From the NCBI GenBank assembly GCA_964187785.1, contig OZ076409.1, positions 38,502,001 through 38,566,000 on the forward strand: a stretch of DNA of 64,000 nt, written 5' to 3'. This document shows, piece after piece, positions 13,335 through 24,200 of this stretch (position 1 is its first letter; each line of letters opens with the position of its first letter). Position numbers and translations under genes: made by a program. The stretch is from Amphiscolops sp. MND2022 (taxonomy: Eukaryota). A model generated the notes under the pieces. That model had not been told where the DNA came from. It did no database searches and worked only from the letters and a program-made list of their open reading frames with translations.

Positions 13335-13530
13335 CAACAAACAAGAAGGGAACGTCTCCAGTCGGCGCAGTATTTGAGGGTTAAATAAAATCGGAGGGGG
13401 CCCTTTGGAGACAAAAAAAGTCTCAGAAAAAAGTCACTCAGTGCCGGAAAAAACTCGAAAGGGAGGACCCTTCAGTCCCGTCCGGTTTTGTAGCTTACGG
13501 TAAAAAAAGTATGAAAAAGCAAAATGGTGA
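13335..13530 (-). repeat. Non-autonomous repeat fragment related to 51560-51920
   Basis: The reverse complement cctcaaatactgcgccgactggagacgttcc..cttgtt parallels ccttagatatggcgccgacttgggccgttgccggcttgtt at ~51880-51920. Both share A/T-run-rich bodies. Confidence 0.45.
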
Positions 13531-13721
13531 CACTTTAGAATAACTAAATGTGTTTCCCGGGCCGGTGGATGATTGGATCCAATAAATTTGCGCGATAATG
13601 CAATGTGTCACTGAGATCAAAGTGAAATGGTCGAAGAAATTGAGACCGAAACAATAACATTCAAACACCAAGCGTTTTCAAATAACAAAATTTTTGGCCA
13701 TCAGATAATCTCCCAATGCTT

Positions 13722-13862
13722 CCTTTAGTTCCCCTCTTGCTAAGCGAGGTCGAACAGGAACAAAGACCTAGCGGGAACAGAGATCGCGAACCGATCGTAG
13801 TGGGAGCTGGTCTTTGCGAGGTGAAGGCGGCGAGCGTCCATACACCGTATATGACCCCATAC
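13722..13862 (-). repeat. Structured core repeat, copy 4
   Basis: cttgctaagcgaggtcgaacaggaacaaagacctagcgggaac...ctggtctttgcgagg matches 3015-3135. Confidence 0.85.
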
Positions 13863-14479
13863 AAGTTGGAGAAAAAACAACCTAGAATACTTTAAACGCT
13901 TTTAAACGCTTTGCAGGAGCAAAAACCTAGCAAAAACAGAACAATTAGATCTCAAAACTTCGATCGATTTGCGATCTCGCCTTTCAAGTACAAAAAGTTA
14001 GATCTCAAAATACCCCACCGTTTCCCGGATATTCGTTTGGTTTACTTTAGTTGAACAAAAAGAACAAAAATTTTGTCGCTTCGAGTCAGTCTTTATCAAA
14101 GAGAGAAAACGAGTGACTGTAATAGTCGGGGTCTCCCACTAATAAAAGCGCCGACTACAAACAACCAACAATTTACCCAGACCAGGCATTTTCCCAGTGG
14201 ACCGGTAGAAACAAGTTTCAAAACAATAAGTTGCAATGATATACCGGTTTGAAAAAATAAGACTATCTGTTTGTAATGACCCTCTTTAAGCGCATCTCTG
14301 TCGCTCACAGTTCCTAGAACGGAGTGGCATTACCAATCTGACTTTTGATATCCCTTGCTTCAAAGAGCTGCCTTGTCGTTGATTGTCTTGCGAACGACAG
14401 AGAATTTCCCAGATACGCGTTATGGATATTTCACTGTATGTACTTCCATGGCCAGTGGTTGAAAACCGTATCCATTGTA

Positions 14480-16400
14480 TATCAATTAGCAATATTTCTC
14501 AATTTTACGTGCTTCAGCTTTGGTGGCGGTGGTTCCCTGGTTGCAAAAAGAGCCTTGATTCAGCCGACTTGGTGCAAGATCATCCAGAACTGTGACATCC
14601 CACACCAGCTGTTTACCCATTTCCCACGGAAACATGGTAAAACTGTCTGGGCGTTTGCCATCAGTTTCGTACAGTCCACGCGGCTTGAGCAAAGGAGGTA
14701 AGTCGAGAGATCCCAACATCTGCTTTATGAGTGAATTGGGAGTAGCATGACATGAGAAGCGACCGGCACACTTGGTACAAGAAAGACCGTGTAAACCACC
14801 CTGTTCAACATATGTTGGCTCCGAGACGTAAACCAATCCAAATCCGAAGCTGCTTAAGCAAATCAAGATTCAGGCTGAGGATCTTACAAGGAACCACGTT
14901 CAGACACTGAGATCCGAATATGCCTTGATGAGCGTTGAAAACTTTTGACCATTTGGCATCCTCTCCAGAAATGGAGTATTGGCCAGTTTTGACGTGAACG
15001 GGTTGACTTCAATTTTTTTGGGTTCCATCGAGAGGATTCTTTTGTTCAGTCGTCAAACTCAACGATTTCTCAAACGCTTTTATGAACCAAACATCTTTGA
15101 AGGTTTCAGTGAAAATTGTCGTGAGAAAGTCTCTTGCACCAGAAGCAGAGGCCAAAATTGCGGGAAGTGTTGATAACGGTGAGGATAAAACCCCAAGACA
15201 AATCATCGCAACGGAAAAGGCCAGCTGAGTTCTGGAAACATCGTCAAAATTCGTTTCATATTTTGGAAAAACTGTCGCGTACGGTTTTATCATACTTTTC
15301 AAGGGGGCTGAAATATTAAAGCATGTAGTGGTTCTCAACAGAAAGACCATAAGACGCCTCCGGATTTCCAATAACTTCAATAACGTTTTCCAGTTTATTA
15401 CTTTTCTTTTCGAACATGTCTGCCAGCGATTTCCGGCCGAGCGCTGAACCGAGAAGGATAAGTACATCTTCCGTTAGTCTTTTGATTCAAGAACGGATTT
15501 TCTGGAAAAACTCCGTAACTGTTGATCGTCGTTTTGCAGTGATGTAACAGAGGAAAAAACTCCCATTTCATGGCCCTAATTTCCAATGTTTTTTCTGCTT
15601 AAATATTTTTGAGATCTTTCAAATAGTTTCTGTAATCATCACATAAATGTCCATCATCGAGGTACCATGTGTTTGTTTTCGACTGCAATTGGGATCCTGA
15701 CTAGAATCCAAAAACAAAGCACACAGGAGACTCGGGATCTTCTTGCCGGGCCCCTTCAAAATGTTTGATTACCAAATCATCGTTAAAAAAGAAAACTTTA
15801 CTGACTGTACATCGAGTGTGAGTACTTATAAACTTCTGAGTGTGTTTCAAAAATTTTCTGGAGCATGAGTTGTCGGTTTATTGGAATGAAAGCGTTTTAA
15901 AAGTCAACTTTCAACAACAGAACATTTAGTGCCACTTTTGATGCCTACACCTACTTGTCGACTTCCGTATATTGCTTGCCGTGATTTGGAGACATGGTAT
16001 CCGGCACATTTTGCGGAGAACGGGCGGAAAATTTTGCCAACAACAATCGGACAAAGTTCTCCTTCGGGCTTCTCAGCGCAATTCATTCCGCACCGAAGAA
16101 GTAGGATCAAAGTTCGAACGATACTTTTCTTCCGATAATCACAATCACAAGACTCTGAGAAAAGTCAGTCCAGTTTGCGCATTCGAAAAGGCAGGCAAAG
16201 TTCTCGAAATTTAATGCAAAATGTCATCCAAAGCTACAATAGATCCGTTGGGAAAGTACATGTGAGCCATGTGGACAACGAACTCCGAGGTTGAAAACAT
16301 TCAAAAGCTGTGGTGTTAGGAACAGATCAAAGTTCCCTATGCGGATGTTTCAGCTAGAGGCCCGCGTAGTTGTTGATTGTGAAATCGGCAATCTTATAGT
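14480..16400 (-). mobile_element. Decayed RLE-type (CRE-like) non-LTR retrotransposon, copy 2
   Basis: RLE motif TDGKRPDSFTMFPWEMGKQLVWDVTVLDDLAPS (14486-14866), RT WYLDDG near 15650-15670, and LCPIVVGKIFRPFSAKC...QVGVG (15904-16110). Collinear with 3264-4900. Confidence 0.85.
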
Positions 16401-17704
16401 CGCCCACAGCCAATCGGGTTCCTGCCATTTTATTACTTATTATTACTTACGTCTGTTTTAGTGCAAATTGAACGTAGTCGTCGATCTAATTCGCTTCTCT
16501 GTTGCGGTTCCCTGACAAGTTTCGTTTTTTTTCTCTGGAAAACACCGCCCTCAACACGCTTGTTGATTATTGCACCGAGTGATAACCTCTGACGTTTACC
16601 TCATCGAGGTGGTTTTTCCAAAAAGGAAAACAGCTCATAGAGGATAGCAATAAGCACCAAGTGGAGAATATTTGGCGGGGTTTCACGAAAATCATTAATT
16701 TTGGGTATCATGGTTTCAGCTGGGGCGAAGCGTGAATTTTTAGAAATTCTCTTCAAGTGAACAACCCCTCAATTAAAAAGGGTGTCTGGTCCAAGGGATA
16801 GTTTCCACTTGAACACTTAAAACATTACCCCACCCAAATCGAAGACTTCTGACCCCCCATTACACTGATATTGACCAAACCTTCCCTCTCAACCCACTGA
16901 CTTCTGACTGAGAGCAGAACGAGTTGAACGAGTTGGAACTGATACGAGATCGAATGAATACACATAGTAATAAATGAGAAAACAGAAACGCAAAATGCAA
17001 AATTCAGATGAAATAAATACTTGAACAAAGATGAGAAATTGTCACTCAATTGATTTTCGAAATCCGATTACCCAGCCCTTCGAGGATGGTCTCAAGTCTT
17101 GGACCATTTCATTAGAAATGTGCATTTGTTTCTGTTGAGTCGAAGCCAAGTTCCTTAGTCAACGCAATCCTATTGGCAAATTCCCTTTCCTGTTGCTTCT
17201 GAAATCGAAGTGCACTCAGGAAATTTGGAGAAATCCGTGGAACTTTCAGGTTCCCTCTATTATTCAACTTTTACAGAAGTTAGTTGCACGAAGTCTGGTG
17301 GGGAGATCAAAAAAATTCCCTAGGTTTAGTGGTTCGATCCAGGTTCGATAGAAAGATTGATAAACTTGTAACAAATCGGGAAACTACCTTTTTAGCTCCA
17401 CAACTTTTGACTCTCTCAAGGGTTGACTCTCGCGATTGCCTTGCACACTTCATCTTCAGGGAGGTATGCTGATGCCATGAAAAGCCGAACAAATTTTTGA
17501 CAACATCATTGTCATCGTACGGTCTTTTTGAAGCCATATTCAACAACGTGTCCAAAAACAGACTAAGTGAAATGGAAGTAACAACCAATGTGCTCAACCT
17601 CCAAAAATTCGTCTCCATTGCTGTTGTTACGCCTCTTTCGTAATCAGTAACAATCGCTCCCGATATCCACCGTCGCCCTGTTACTCTTCCCCCCTGGTCA
17701 CAAG

Positions 17705-20181
17705 TGTTACGACATATCATCGGGTCGTTTTGAGTAGAACTTATTCTCACTGATTTTGTGGGAGTGTAAAAACTCCTAGTTTCCTCCTCTACTTCTTCAG
17801 TGTTTTCTCTAATAACCCCTTTTGTTTCAGGCTTAAGGAGTTTCAACATCTCCTTCTGAGATTCAATAAGAAGATTCTTAATTTCTGACGTTATTTCTTC
17901 CTTCAATGAAGCCCTCAAACTTTCAAGAAGACTATTTTCAATCCGAGGGGACTTGGGTCTAGAAGGCCCAGCTACTTCATCATCCTGATTCAAAGGACAA
18001 GAATCCCTTACTACTATAGGTGAAATCAAGCCTTCACTTACGTTCTCATCGGTGCTTTGCTGATCGTTCTTTCTTTTTTGGCTTCTTGTTGTTGACATTT
18101 TGTAGAAAAGTTTGATCTCGAAGAATTGAATTTCTTTCGAAGGATTTTCTGACAAAGTAGAACAAGTTGAGAGAGTAGAATTGAAAATTCAACTGAATTA
18201 TGCAATTACAAAAGACTGAGTCCCTTAATCATCAAATCCTATCATATTTATACCCTCCCAGCATCATTTGATCACGAACAAAGCCCTAATTTTCTTTGAA
18301 CAATTAGTCATTTCCTGTATTTTCGATGAAAAAATCATTTTGTTCCCAATTTTACGTCGACTTTTCGTCAATTTTTGAGACACGATGTTCTTCATTCAGT
18401 ATTAGTCATCAAGTTTGATCATATCATTTCATCTCGGCGTCCTTTTGCTTCCTCCCAAGCAGGAAGTAGATATTACTTCAGTCTGTCAAACCGGAAATGA
18501 TTCCCTGTTTTACTGCTTTGGTTCGCGGGAAATTGACGCTGAGATGACGCTGACGTGAACAAAAAATACCTGATTTTGAATTTTGCTTTGACAAAAATGC
18601 TATGACTAATTCCAAAATGGGAATATTTGAACGATGCTAGGACGATATTTTATGAATTTGGACCCAAGCTTTTGCTGAAAGTGAGAATAAAATTGTGATA
18701 TAAAAATAATATTTGTTAGCAACATTGTCGAGTCGTGTCAAATGCGACAAGATTTATAAAATTAACAGCAACGTTTGTTAAATAGCAACATCAACACAAC
18801 GCGTATAACTGGGCAGCAACTGGTCGCACTGGTATAAGAAAACATGAACACAATCACAAATACAGCGCTCAATGTTGTGGAGTACAAAAATGCAAAGTAT
18901 ATGAAAAATACATTTCTGGTACATAATAAGCTTCTAGCTGGGGAGAATAAACTGTGACTTCCTAATTAATCTACTGTGGAATCTTGTAATAAGATGGTTT
19001 ATGCACGGAGATTCCTTTATTGTTAAGAGCACATGATAGTTGCTTAACATGAGGTTAAATTATTCTGCTTGTATCAAAATGCATTCTAAATTAAGACCTT
19101 GAACCATGTAAAAAATCAGCAATACGTTCATTATACGATTTGCAACAGGCTGCAATTTCCCTTCCTTAAAAAATAACGGCACTTATGCGATGAAAACTTG
19201 ACTAAATTCAGCAAATTCATCCATTTTATTCAATTTCATAAACTTGTCAACGTCATGTTGACGAGTTTTCTTGGCAGAGTTGAATTTCATAAACTTGTCA
19301 ACGTCATGTTGACGAGTTTTCTTGGCAGAATAGAGATTTTGACTAGTTTGACGCAATGCTGACGAGTATTTTAGAAATGAGTCTCTCGCTAGTTACCGGA
19401 GCAGTGACGTCACACTGGCGGTAAATTGGAATGATTTCTAGCAATGCTATCAGTATAGGCGGATAATTGGAATGATTTTCTGGTACGCGTATGCGAGGCA
19501 GTGACGTCAATTGGTATGCTTTCAAACTTGTCTGCGTCTTACTGACGACAAATATACATGTACTCCCGTTTCTTTCGCCGCATTGTTTACTCAGCGCAGT
19601 ATTGACGTCCTAAATCGCTTTAATTGCTGTTCAAAAGAGTAATTAAGCTGTCTTTCTAAGAAAAGGCTTAGCTACCACGGTGTGCTGTCTCACTGTAATT
19701 TCCCGTTTTAGGTCCAAATGAAATGTAACTTTTCGGGATTAGTTTTGATGTAATTCCATTTAGATTAGCTTATGGTCTCTTTAATCTTGAGGTAGTTTTA
19801 TTCTAATTTTCAGGTTGTGAATGTTTCATTTGTCGTGGTTGACTCGTCCAGACAAACATGCGTGAAATCATTTTTGGATTATTTTGCCTCCTTATTTCAT
19901 TTCCGCTCAAATTTGCGCGCGGTAAACGTGTATTTTACATTTCCTTTGTTATTTCATCCAATTTTGCGAGAGCATAAAAATCTAGAACGCGTTCATTAGT
20001 TTTATTTGGGATTTTTGCTAGACAAACTATTATTGCGTTTCGAGTCACAGTTTATTTAAATTTAGTTAGAGTTCGAGTTAATAGCCGAAATACCTTTTCG
20101 TGAGTCTTGCGGTGCACCCATGTCCGCGCCCAAAACCAACTCTCCTGCATCCGCAATCCAGTCCGGGAGCGGACTGTGACA
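17705..20181 (-). repeat. 3' LTR (2477 bp)
   Basis: Matches 31585-34061 at offset 13880. I found four substitutions by eye (18732, 18781, 19101, 19126). Confidence 0.98.
19232..19329. promoter_or_regulatory. 51-bp-period tandem duplication in the LTR, each unit with the palindrome GTCAACgtcatGTTGAC (also at 33112-33209)
   Basis: aatttcataaacttgtcaacgtcatgttgacgagttttcttggcaga at 19232-19278 and 19283-19329. Perfect TGACGTCA sites lie nearby at 19405 and 19502. The regulatory role is inferred. Confidence 0.6.
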
Positions 20182-20809
20182 GGGCCACTGTCATGGGGCG
20201 AACGGCTTTACCGGGTTGATAGAAGTCGAACGCCTGTCGCAGGTGATTTTCGCGGGTGTAGTTTTCCTTGGCGACGTCTAGCGCTGATTTTGGCTCCTCC
20301 AGATCGTTTAGAGGACTAGTTGTCAGCAGATTTATTCTTCTCAGTGGGCCAGGGGGCGTGACAAAGTATGAAGAGGCGTCTTCTTGCTGCACCTTCTCCA
20401 GATATTCGGCTACTTTGCTACTTGTTACTGATTCGGTTTGTACAGCTGGGGCTTCTACTATGAATATGTCCGAAGACAAGCTTTCATCGGGGCTTTCCGG
20501 GGAGTCAGCAATAACTTCTTCGGTCGACTCAGAGTGGGGGTATTGTCCCGATTCTACAGTTTCAAAACTAGAGAACGACTCGCTCAGTTTCATTTTCTTG
20601 CATTCTGTTTCTAGTGAATTTACCGATAAGTCGAGGCATTCCTCTTCATCTGCGTTCGCCTCTGCTGATGAATTCAGAATTTCGATGACCAATCCCGGAT
20701 AGGCCCTGCTGTCACTAGGTATTGGGGTAGACGATCTTGTTATTTCGCCCTCCTCCTCGCTTGATGATGAGATGTCAATCAGTTCGTAGATGTCTAACAA
20801 GTTGTTCAT
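20078..20809 (-). CDS. Accessory ORF3 (243 aa): acidic Ser/Glu-rich protein with several SIM-like motifs and a Cys/His basic tail; overlaps the 3' LTR by 104 nt
   Basis: Intact ATG-started ORF in the gag-pol sense. Motifs include LIDISSSSEEE, LVIEIL, CLDLS and DIFIVE; the C-terminus is CGCRRVGFGRGHGC. No signal peptide or TM segment, so not env-like. Confidence 0.7.
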   Translation of the reverse strand: MNNLLDIYELIDISSSSEEEGEITRSSTPIPSDSRAYPGLVIEILNSSAEANADEEECLDLSVNSLETECKKMKLSESFSSFETVESGQYPHSESTEEVIADSPESPDESLSSDIFIVEAPAVQTESVTSSKVAEYLEKVQQEDASSYFVTPPGPLRRINLLTTSPLNDLEEPKSALDVAKENYTRENHLRQAFDFYQPGKAVRPMTVALSQSAPGLDCGCRRVGFGRGHGCTARLTKRYFGY

Positions 20810-20958
20810 TCTGCGGCGAAATTTCTTGGCTGCTGTTTTTCGAGTTTGATTGTTTCACAATGAATTTCCTCGGATAATTGGGATTGCTGAGAATGTTGGG
20901 ATAAATCCCTTCATTCTGATTGGTTAATCAATCTTTTTAATCCTTTTGATCTGCAGTT

Positions 20959-21214
20959 GTTGACGTTATGTCGACAGCTCTTTTTATTGGCCAAGAAATT
21001 GAAGTAATTCCTTTAACCAAACTTGTCAACGTTATGCTGACGTCATTTTCGCTAGCTTAGCTAACTTTTGTAATTTGTCACCGTTATGATGACGTCATTT
21101 TAGATTACAGGATTAATCTCTTAATCTCTATAACCTTTTTGTCGACGTTATGCCGACGTCAATTTCGTTGGTAATTAGCCAACTTTAATTTTTGTCACCG
21201 TTTTGGTGACGTCA
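20959..21214. promoter_or_regulatory. Array of five 17-bp imperfect palindromes (GTYRMCGTTWTGNYGAC) with abutting CRE-like TGACGTCA sites; putative divergent promoter
   Basis: Motifs at 20959, 21025, 21077, 21141 and 21194 (spacing 66/52/64/53). TGACGTCA at 21038, 21090 and 21207. Lies between the ORF3 ATG (20809, -) and the antisense gene ATG (21266, +). Confidence 0.65.
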
Positions 21215-21265
21215 ATTATGGGTGTTTTCATCTGTAGTTTTACTTTCAGATTCTCTGCTGTTTTG

Positions 21266-24200
21266 ATGGATTCTCGTTCCAGAAAACTTCCTGCCAACGA
21301 TCCTGGTGCCCAGAGTGGTCAAGAAACACAGTTTCTCTTTTCGGAGGGAGATGTGCGAGATAGTGAGACCGATCTCGTCAGCCAGCGTGTTCTTGGTGAG
21401 AATTTCCTCTTTATCCCCGCTTTCCATTAAGTCTTTGTGAAAATATACTTTTAGCAGTTAGGCCTTTCCTGCTTTAGTATTTCCACGACTTAGATTTTCT
21501 TGACGCGTCGAAGTTGGGGTTATTGTTTTTAGCGGCTGGTTCAGCTGTCTCCGCTGCTATCTCTTCGCATGACCCTGGGACTTCTTGTCTCCCTGCTGAT
21601 CTTGCCACCGTTCCAGTTGAGCCTCTTGGAGAGCCCTCTGAGGGAGCGACTGCTGCGCTGGTCGATACTTCTGTTCCAATTGCTGTTATTGCCTCTGCGG
21701 GTCCTAGTGCGGAACTTCTTCCTGTTTCTGCTGGGCCCTTGCGTGGTACTCACGGAGGTGAGGACTCTCCCCCCTCTTCTGAAGACGAAAGGACTTTGCA
21801 GAGCTTCAAGGCGGTCAGTAGCCAGGCTGTGACTTCGCCTCGATTCAGTTCATATTTGTCCGGCGTTGCGTCAGCCTTCGGGACCAAGACTTCTTCTCCT
21901 ACCGTCAAACGTGGTAAGTAGATGGAATGTTGTTGTTATTGATTTGTTGTTAATGTTTCTCTCTTTTCCGTGAATGGGTCGTGTTGTTCAGTATCTGTTA
22001 TGTAATTTTGTGTTGACAGTTCGTATGGCATCTCCCGAGAAGCAAGATGTTTGTGTGCCGACGACTTCAAGTCAGCCTCATGTCCTGGCGTCTAGTAGCC
22101 CGAAAAGACCTAGGGGGTTCGAGTTTCTCAGTACTGATGAGGAAACTGTTGTGCCCCCACCGGCTCCTCGAGAAGCTTCACAAGGTACCCGATTGAGAGA
22201 CGTACTCGGCTCGGATGTGGAGGGCTGGTCTTTGGAACCCTTTGTGGCAAGTACGTAATTTCTTTTCCAGAGTTTTTGTGTCGATGCGTGTGTCGCATTT
22301 TGCGTCTGTGTCGGCTTGGCCTAATCGAGGGTTTTCCTGGTGGCGTATGGTTTGTTTGACGCCTGCGTTGTAGCTAAGTCTGTGTTCTAAATTTTTGTTG
22401 TGCTCCTGTTGCATCAGTATTTCATCTAATTAGATGGCTATTTGTGTCAAAATCCATATGTATCTTGTTGGCATCGCCTTCATGTCGAGTTAGCAGTGTT
22501 TTGTTGTTGTAGAATTCGAAGAGTTGGTGAGCAGAGTCGAGACTACCCTCGAGAATGTTTCCCCTAGTCGGAAACGGGTGTACAGCCCGCGTAATCGACT
22601 CCGACGAGATATGGTAGCCAACCATCCAGTTTTCGAGTTGTTTGTGAGTGGCTCCAGCACTGGTTCAAACAAATTGTTCCATTGCATGATTTGCCAACGC
22701 GACGTCTCAATGGAATCACGGGGGGCTGCTGAATTTGCTCGCCATTTCTTCGGGAAGCGCCATTGGGAGCTGGACGTGACCTACCGAGTGCAGAACAATC
22801 TGCCTGTCTTTAACCGGCTGATGGACCCAATGGAGTTGTCCGAGGCTCAGTTGGAGGCGTATGCGAATCGTCCTTCTAAAGGGAAATCTGAAGGCTTCAG
22901 CTTTCCTGAGGATCTTTTGCCCACTTGTACCCGAGTAGATTCGTCTGTGCCCCTGTTGACGATGGTTAATTGTCTGCTCGAACTATGTCGTTGTGGCGGC
23001 AGTTATACCCTACTGCGGCGATTGTGGGGAAGCTTCCGGGCGACTTTGGGCCAGGAGAACCCGTTGTATAAACTGAGTTGGGATCGAGCTGAATCGTTGG
23101 TTAGTTTTTTTTTTCTTTCTTTTGATATCGATGTGTTTGTGCTATTTGTTGAGCTTTCTTTTTGTTGTCGAGATCCGTTACGTCTCATTGACGGCATACA
23201 CTTGTGATGTTGTTTGTCTTGTTTTAGTCTCTGCTTTGTCGTGCCATATTTCCACGTGTGTTGCGATCCCTGTTTGCCCGAGTGACTGCTTTCAAGGATT
23301 ACAGTCTTGTGTACGAGGAACGGGTTGACGGCTTGTACTGTTTCGTGCGTACTTGGGACGACACTAATCTGCAAGAAGTCTGCGTCCGTGTTGAGCCTCT
23401 TGGACAGCGGGTCCCAATTGCCGAGTTATCTTGCATGTCGCGCGTTGTCGATAGTCTCGTTTCATGCCGGTGGCCAATAGCTATACAAGGTGGGAGTCCT
23501 ACCTTGCATCGTGTGCTAAGTGACAATCGGGTGGATGGGCGTCGCTTCATTGTCTGTCGCGAGTTCACAGAAGATGTTTTCCTGCAAAGCTACCGAGAGG
23601 CGCATCACGAGATTTTTGGCATGTTGGAAATGACGTCTATGGTCGACTTTCTGATGCTTCGTCTACGTGGTGCCTTACAGGAGCCTTGGATGGAAGACGT
23701 AGTGGATCTTCGTCGTTGCGTTGTTGCTGGGCGTGTTGCCTTCGCTGAACTTTGTGGAGTAGTTACTGACCTAATCTCAATCTGGGAGTCAGTTCGAGAA
23801 TACGTGCGGTATACTGGTCCTGTTGAGCTGCAGACCCAACCTGAGAGGGTAAGTTCCTTTATATGTTTTTAATTGCATCGGCGGGGTGTCAACTTTGTGT
23901 AGTTGGGTGGGTCTTTCGGGGGTTTCTGTAGCGTATTATGCTTTCATCTTTGTGATTTGGTTTGTTTGTGTTGCAGATGCGCGGAATCGACTGGCTTGTA
24001 TTCTCAGAGAATACGAATGAGCTGCGCCTGGGTCTGTTTCTTCACATTTTGGAGCTGCGTTAGTTATATTTGTGTGGTATAGTGGTGTTCCTTTTGACAT
24101 GGGGGTGGGTTATTTTTGGTATTTAGATTCCTGTACTTTCAAAAAACAGCGGGCTAGACGAGGAGATTACACTTTTCACTGCTATAGTGAGTTGTGCCAG

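Noticed and set aside
20078-20809. ORF3 as an env gene
   Set aside because: No signal peptide, furin site plus fusion peptide, or transmembrane helix; the composition is acidic and disordered.
20959-21214. CRISPR-like array (palindromic repeats at near-regular spacing)
   Set aside because: The repeats are short (17 bp) and degenerate, the spacers are AT-rich and partly similar to each other, the context is eukaryotic and there are no cas genes.
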